DNA of 64,000 nt from Candidatus Poribacteria bacterium (GTDB lineage: Bacteria > Poribacteria > WGA-4E > PCPOR2b), in assembly GCA_965218095.1 (NCBI GenBank), contig OZ244587.1, positions 2,144,001 through 2,208,000 of the forward strand, written 5' to 3'. This document shows, in pieces, positions 59,540 to 64,000 of the stretch (positions within the stretch are counted from its first letter, which is position 1; every line of letters begins with the position of its first letter). The position numbers and the translations under genes are program-made. The notes beneath the pieces were generated by a model, which saw only the letters and a program-made list of their open reading frames with translations, did no database searches and was not told the DNA's origin.

Positions 59540-60514
59540 TTATCCCAACACAATCCGCTGGTTCTCCTGCATCGATTGTTCAGCGGAAAGGGTCACTCGT
59601 ATCGCTTCAAGTGCTGTGACTGCGTCCTTGTGTGCTGCGCTTGTCTCTTGGTTTTGGATCTCCTGTATCCACTGTTCCTGAAGTGAAACGCTCGGCCCAT
59701 CAATTGGTGCAATCTCCTCTACCCGCGACCCGGTTGAACAGTACCACTTGCCGCCGCTGTGACTGATTGTTCCCTCCGTCAAAACGTAACGCAAATGCTG
59801 TTCAGCTTCCTTGATCTCGACCCCTCCTGCCCACGTCCATTGACCAATCCCGCCATCCTTAAACCCAACGTTGACTGTGTTGACAAATCGGTTATATTGC
59901 CCCTGGTCGGTCAAGCCTTCGTAAACGGTGCCCCCTTCGACCCACGCGACGCTTCCGAAGAGATCAACGACCGGGTAGATGTGGTATATGAAAAAGTGCG
60001 CAGGTGGTCCAGAAACAGGTAGATTGAACAAGATCTCCGGCCGTGCACCCCGCCCCGGTGTGAGACGTAAAAAGGAAGTCAACAGCAACTCGCCGACCTC
60101 CTGTACCTTCTGTTTAATCGCCCGGTGTGAATTGGACACGGTTTCGGAGTGGTTAATCCGCAGGGCCCGTTGGTTAGCTTGTGCGAGTTCAACTGCGGTT
60201 TCACCCTCATTAATTGACCGTGCAAGCGGATATTCCGTAAAAACGTGTTTATTGGAACGGAGCGCCATAATCGTAATTTCACCGTGGCTATCGTTATGGG
60301 TGCAGATAACGATCCCATCCAGGTTGTCGCGTTGAACGAGAGCCTTCCAATCAGGGACAAATTCGGCGCCATGTCTTTCTGCTAACGCTGTGCCGGTTTG
60401 GGGGTTTCTTGACGCGATCGCCACAACCTCAGCGGCTTCAAGCTCAGCAAACTTGTCTGCATGACGTTCCCCCGTGCCGCCGGATCCAACAATACCGATT
60501 CTAATTTTTGACAT
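59540..60514 (-). CDS. Gfo/Idh/MocA family oxidoreductase
   Basis: IRIGIVGSG, D.IVICTHN..H, KHVFTEYPLA motifs. Confidence 0.9.
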   Translation of the reverse strand: MSKIRIGIVGSGGTGERHADKFAELEAAEVVAIASRNPQTGTALAERHGAEFVPDWKALVQRDNLDGIVICTHNDSHGEITIMALRSNKHVFTEYPLARSINEGETAVELAQANQRALRINHSETVSNSHRAIKQKVQEVGELLLTSFLRLTPGRGARPEILFNLPVSGPPAHFFIYHIYPVVDLFGSVAWVEGGTVYEGLTDQGQYNRFVNTVNVGFKDGGIGQWTWAGGVEIKEAEQHLRYVLTEGTISHSGGKWYCSTGSRVEEIAPIDGPSVSLQEQWIQEIQNQETSAAHKDAVTALEAIRVTLSAEQSMQENQRIVLG

Positions 60515-60644
60515 ATTTTTCACCTCATACCGATCTTAAATTGTCACTCCGTGCCCAGCCTTGCTCACTCCGTGGTTAAGTTTATCGGTGGCTTCAGGTA
60601 ATCTCCTGTGTTCCGTGTTCATCAAATGCGAAATCGTAAGCGAG

Positions 60645-60732
60645 ATTATACCAAAATCAGGAAAGCAAGGCAATAATTATAAGCAATTGATTGGCTTTTT
60701 GTGTTGATGTTTGCTTACCGATGTGATAGAAT
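60645..60732. promoter_or_regulatory. divergent sigma70 promoters for the oxidoreductase (minus) and arc (plus)
   Basis: Minus: TTGCCT-N17-TATAAT (60645-60673). Plus: TTGATG-N17-TAGAAT (60704-60732). Both have extended TG. Confidence 0.6.
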
Positions 60733-61011
60733 ACAAACGCACTTTATATGATGACCTGTTTGATAGATAGGAGTTACGCACTTCAGATTGAGCGAATCCG
60801 ACTGCACCCGAATCTTGAATCAAGATCCCGATCTATCGGGGATGCAGATGAATTGTGGAATGATTAGGACCAACTGCGTAACTCTTAATAGATTTCATAT
60901 AGACGTTTCGCGTGCTTCCGAGGTAATTTCCTCGCGCTTCTCCTACGGCAAAAGAAATCAATCCGAAATGCGATTCAATATGACTGACTATCCTGTTTGA
61001 GGAGGCGTTCA

Positions 61012-62766
61012 ATGCGTAACAAGAAAGATAGGAACCGACCTGAGATAATACTGGAAGAAAATTTTCGATTGTTTGACGATGACATCGAAGACGACACTGA
61101 GGACGATAATGATCAGGTAGGCACGCCTCGTTCCTTGATATTAGTGGATCAACTCATCTATACGACCCATGAAAACGATCAGAGGCGACCGCTGCTGTAT
61201 CAACTGCAGCGTACTATTATAGAAGATGAAATGACCTTTCAGGAGGCAAGGGAAGCAATCGTCGAAATGCAGGAGGCAATCGAAAAGCTCACTTCCCCGG
61301 CGAACCGGATTGGAACTTTGCTCGGTCTGCCGAAAAAGGAGGTCGCCCACGTGATCATTGGCGGGTCAGAATATTATGCGAATATTGATCCGCAGCTCGA
61401 TCCGGCATCTCTCAAGATCGGTTTCAGTGTACTTCTCAATGAGGCTTATGTCATTGTCGGTGAATTGGGATATAACACCTCTGGAGCGATTGCGAAGATT
61501 ATCGATCTGATGCCTGATGGTCGGTTGCGCGTTGGGCAAGAACCTGGTGGATTGCAAGCGATCATTTTGCAACGCTCGACCGATTTGGCAAATGCGAAAC
61601 TTAAAGTCGGCGACGAAATTCGCATGGACCCAAATTCCAAAGTAGCGCTGGAACGATTGGAAGCGCAAGAGGCAAAAGACTACTATCTCGAAGAAGTGCC
61701 GGAACTCCCCTGGTCGAAAGTGGGCGGGCTGGATGACACAATTCAATTAATCAAAGACACTATCGAGCTTCCGATTCTACACCCGGACCTCTTCAATCGC
61801 TTTCAATATGCGCCACCAAAAGGGTTTCTCTTGCATGGTCCGCCGGGGTGTGGAAAAACGCTCATTGGCAAGGCGACGGCGCATAACCTCACGCAGCGGT
61901 TGAAAGCTGAAGAGGGTGTCGATGTCGAAGGGTGCTTCTTGCACATCAAGGGCCCCGAAATCTTGAATATGTGGCTTGGTGAGTCAGAGCGCAAAGTCCG
62001 TGAAATCTTCGAAATAGCGCGCGAAAAGGGTAAAGAAGGTTACTTGCCGTTTGTATTCATTGACGAAGCCGAATCTATTTTGGGCACCCGCCGTTCATTC
62101 CGCTCCCACAACATTTCCAACACAGTCGTCCCGATGTTCTGCGCCGAAATGGATGGGATTGAATCCCTGCAAGATGTGGTGATCATCCTTGCAACGAACC
62201 GTCCCGACCTCATTGATCCGGCGATTTTACGCCCTGGACGGATTGATCGGAAAATCAAAGTCATCCGTCCCAACAAAGAGGCATCGAAGGACATCTTCCA
62301 CATTTACCTTACGCCAGATTTGCCCATCCATCCCGAAATCCTTGACGCGCACAACGGCGACGCAGAGGTTGCCGTTTCTCATCTCATTGATCAGGTTTGC
62401 GATGAACTGTTTCAGCGAGTTGAAGATAACAAGTTTTTAGAGGTTGCCCTGAGAAGCGGTCGTCGTGATATTCTGTATCGTGGAGACCTGTGTAGTGGCG
62501 CGATTGTGGCATCCGTTGTTCAGCGCGCCAAAGAGTCCGCGATTAAGCGTACGATTAACAGTAGCAAAGGAGGGGTTGGGATTCGGGCTGAAGATTTGCT
62601 GGAGGGAGCATTGGCAGAATACCGCGAAAATGACATTTTCCCACTGACGGATAGCGTGGAGGACTGGCTCAAGCTGCTCGATTACGATCCGGAGAACGTC
62701 GTCAAAGTGACCCCAATCCGTCCAGAAAAATCAACTCGTAGAAGGGTTGTGAGTAGTGTCATTTAA
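61012..62766 (+). CDS. arc: proteasome-associated AAA ATPase (ARC/Mpa-like)
   Basis: Coiled coil plus two OB-like domains, LEEVP...W..VGGL, GPPGCGKT, IKGPEILNMWLGESER, FIDEAES, DPAILRPGRIDRKI, SGA...S.V.RAK; GGAGG RBS. Confidence 0.9.
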   Translation: MRNKKDRNRPEIILEENFRLFDDDIEDDTEDDNDQVGTPRSLILVDQLIYTTHENDQRRPLLYQLQRTIIEDEMTFQEAREAIVEMQEAIEKLTSPANRIGTLLGLPKKEVAHVIIGGSEYYANIDPQLDPASLKIGFSVLLNEAYVIVGELGYNTSGAIAKIIDLMPDGRLRVGQEPGGLQAIILQRSTDLANAKLKVGDEIRMDPNSKVALERLEAQEAKDYYLEEVPELPWSKVGGLDDTIQLIKDTIELPILHPDLFNRFQYAPPKGFLLHGPPGCGKTLIGKATAHNLTQRLKAEEGVDVEGCFLHIKGPEILNMWLGESERKVREIFEIAREKGKEGYLPFVFIDEAESILGTRRSFRSHNISNTVVPMFCAEMDGIESLQDVVIILATNRPDLIDPAILRPGRIDRKIKVIRPNKEASKDIFHIYLTPDLPIHPEILDAHNGDAEVAVSHLIDQVCDELFQRVEDNKFLEVALRSGRRDILYRGDLCSGAIVASVVQRAKESAIKRTINSSKGGVGIRAEDLLEGALAEYRENDIFPLTDSVEDWLKLLDYDPENVVKVTPIRPEKSTRRRVVSSVI

Positions 62767-62780
62767 GGCTCAGGACTAAG

Positions 62781-63156
62781 TACTAAAGTTTGGACAATTC
62801 TTGATAAAATGGAATCTTGTTGGGACGGGATTGTGCCGCCGAATCTAAAGTGTCTAAAATGTTCTAAAGTGTTCTAAAGTGTTCTAAAGTTGAAAAACAA
62901 GATGCACTTTCTCCCTATCTTCTCTGGTCTGAATCGCCGATTTTTACCGGAAGGTTCAATCGGTTCTGAATCCGCGTCGTGTGTTTAATCCGTGGTTCAG
63001 ACAACAATTATGTCCCCCCTCATTTATTTTCGGGGATAAATCAGAAAGTGGAAAAGGGAGAAAGTGAGATTTAATCTTCTTCTCACTTTCCCATTTGTGG
63101 ATTGACTCACTTTAGACACTTTAATACACTTTAGCGCACTTGTCCAAACTTTAGTA
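62781..63156. mobile_element. MITE-like element with perfect 17-bp terminal IR, TA-bounded
   Basis: TACTAAAGTTTGGACAA (62781-62797) and TTGTCCAAACTTTAGTA (63140-63156); internal CTAAAGTGT(T) tandem repeats are mirrored by ACACTTTAG repeats at the other end. Confidence 0.78.
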
Positions 63157-63171
63157 ATATTTAAAAGATTT

Positions 63172-64000
63172 ATGCAAAGACTTTTTGGAATTGAAACTGA
63201 ATACGGGATTACGCTGGAGGCAGAGGAGAATGTCGATCCCGTCAACCAATCCGTCGAGTTGATTAAGAGTTATCGGCAGGACGATTTCCGACCGATGTGG
63301 GATTATAGTGGCGAAGATCCGTTCCGAGATGAACGTGGCTTCCGTGCAAAGACTCTGCAGGAACACCCCGACGAGAAGAAATATCAGGAAGCAGACCGCC
63401 AGCGAAATCTTTCCTTCGTTGAAATCAAAAGCGATCTTATCCTGGTGAACGGTGCCCGCTTATACAACGACCATGCGCACCCAGAATACTCCACCCCAGA
63501 ATGTCAAAGTCTTTTCCAATTGGTCGCTCATGATAAAGCGGGTGAGCGGATACTCCAGCAGTGTTCCATCAGGCGAAGCGAAAAATCAGGCAAGCGTGTA
63601 CTCCTGTACAAGAACAACACGGACTTTCATGGGCATAGTTACGGTTGTCATGACAACTACCTGATGCGGCGGGATATTCCCTTTGACTACCTCAAAGAGA
63701 GTATCATGCCGTTTTTCGTGACACGACAGATTTTTGCAGGTGCGGGAAAGGTGGGCATCGAAACAGAATCGGGACTTAGCTCTGCTGGTTTCTTCCAGCT
63801 TGCGCAGCGCTCTGATTTTTTCCATGTCGAAGTCAGCGTTGATACAATGCACAACCGCCCGATTGTGAATACACGGGATGAACCTCACGCCAATCCGGCG
63901 AAATATCGCCGCTTGCATGGCATCGTTGGTGACGCCAATATGTCAGAGTATGCGACGGCGCTCAAAGTCGGCACAACCGCGCTCGTCATCGATCTCATTG
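63172..64000 (+). CDS. dop: Pup/UBact deamidase-depupylase Dop (PafA2-like); 3' end lies outside the window
   Basis: Hand translation: MQRLFGIETEYG...WDYSGEDPFRDERGF (Dop loop)...NGARLYNDHAHPEYSTPEC...YKNNTD..GHSYGCHDNY...QRSDFF...NTRDEPHA...YRRLH.IVGDANMSE. Confidence 0.92.
   Translation, partial: MQRLFGIETEYGITLEAEENVDPVNQSVELIKSYRQDDFRPMWDYSGEDPFRDERGFRAKTLQEHPDEKKYQEADRQRNLSFVEIKSDLILVNGARLYNDHAHPEYSTPECQSLFQLVAHDKAGERILQQCSIRRSEKSGKRVLLYKNNTDFHGHSYGCHDNYLMRRDIPFDYLKESIMPFFVTRQIFAGAGKVGIETESGLSSAGFFQLAQRSDFFHVEVSVDTMHNRPIVNTRDEPHANPAKYRRLHGIVGDANMSEYATALKVGTTALVIDLI

Noticed and set aside
60780-61000. Long arc leader as a possible riboswitch or sRNA
   Set aside because: No recognisable RNA motif; part of it is explained by a family B repeat.

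Overview
Bacterial chromosomal window, about 50% GC by eye, from a diderm organism. Candidatus Poribacteria or a relative is plausible but is inference only. The first 33 kb (minus strand) is a respiratory supercluster with three parts: (1) a Rieske / split cytochrome b / octaheme cytochrome c complex; (2) a CydA-like oxidase with no CydB, accompanied by three membrane cytochromes c (one fused to an EbdC/DOMON-like heme b domain) and two type-1-copper-motif proteins; (3) an A1-type aa3 oxidase operon with heme O/A synthases. The cluster is interrupted by an IS, a GmrSD-type nuclease, der, transporters and cassette-like genes. The Rieske operon and the bd-like operon share a near-identical sigma70 promoter and an identical 16-bp palindrome at the same spacing. 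The middle of the window holds several pseudogenes and accD, followed by a run behind a putative sigma54 promoter (lipoprotein, DUF3108, mfd, surA-like, and an LptD with three parvulin-like domains inserted in its barrel). The end carries a double-length UvrA with in-frame repeat insertions, a triple DUF5069-like protein and the start of a Pup/UBact-type proteasome locus (arc, dop) with a MITE between the two genes. No rRNA, tRNA or CRISPR array was seen.
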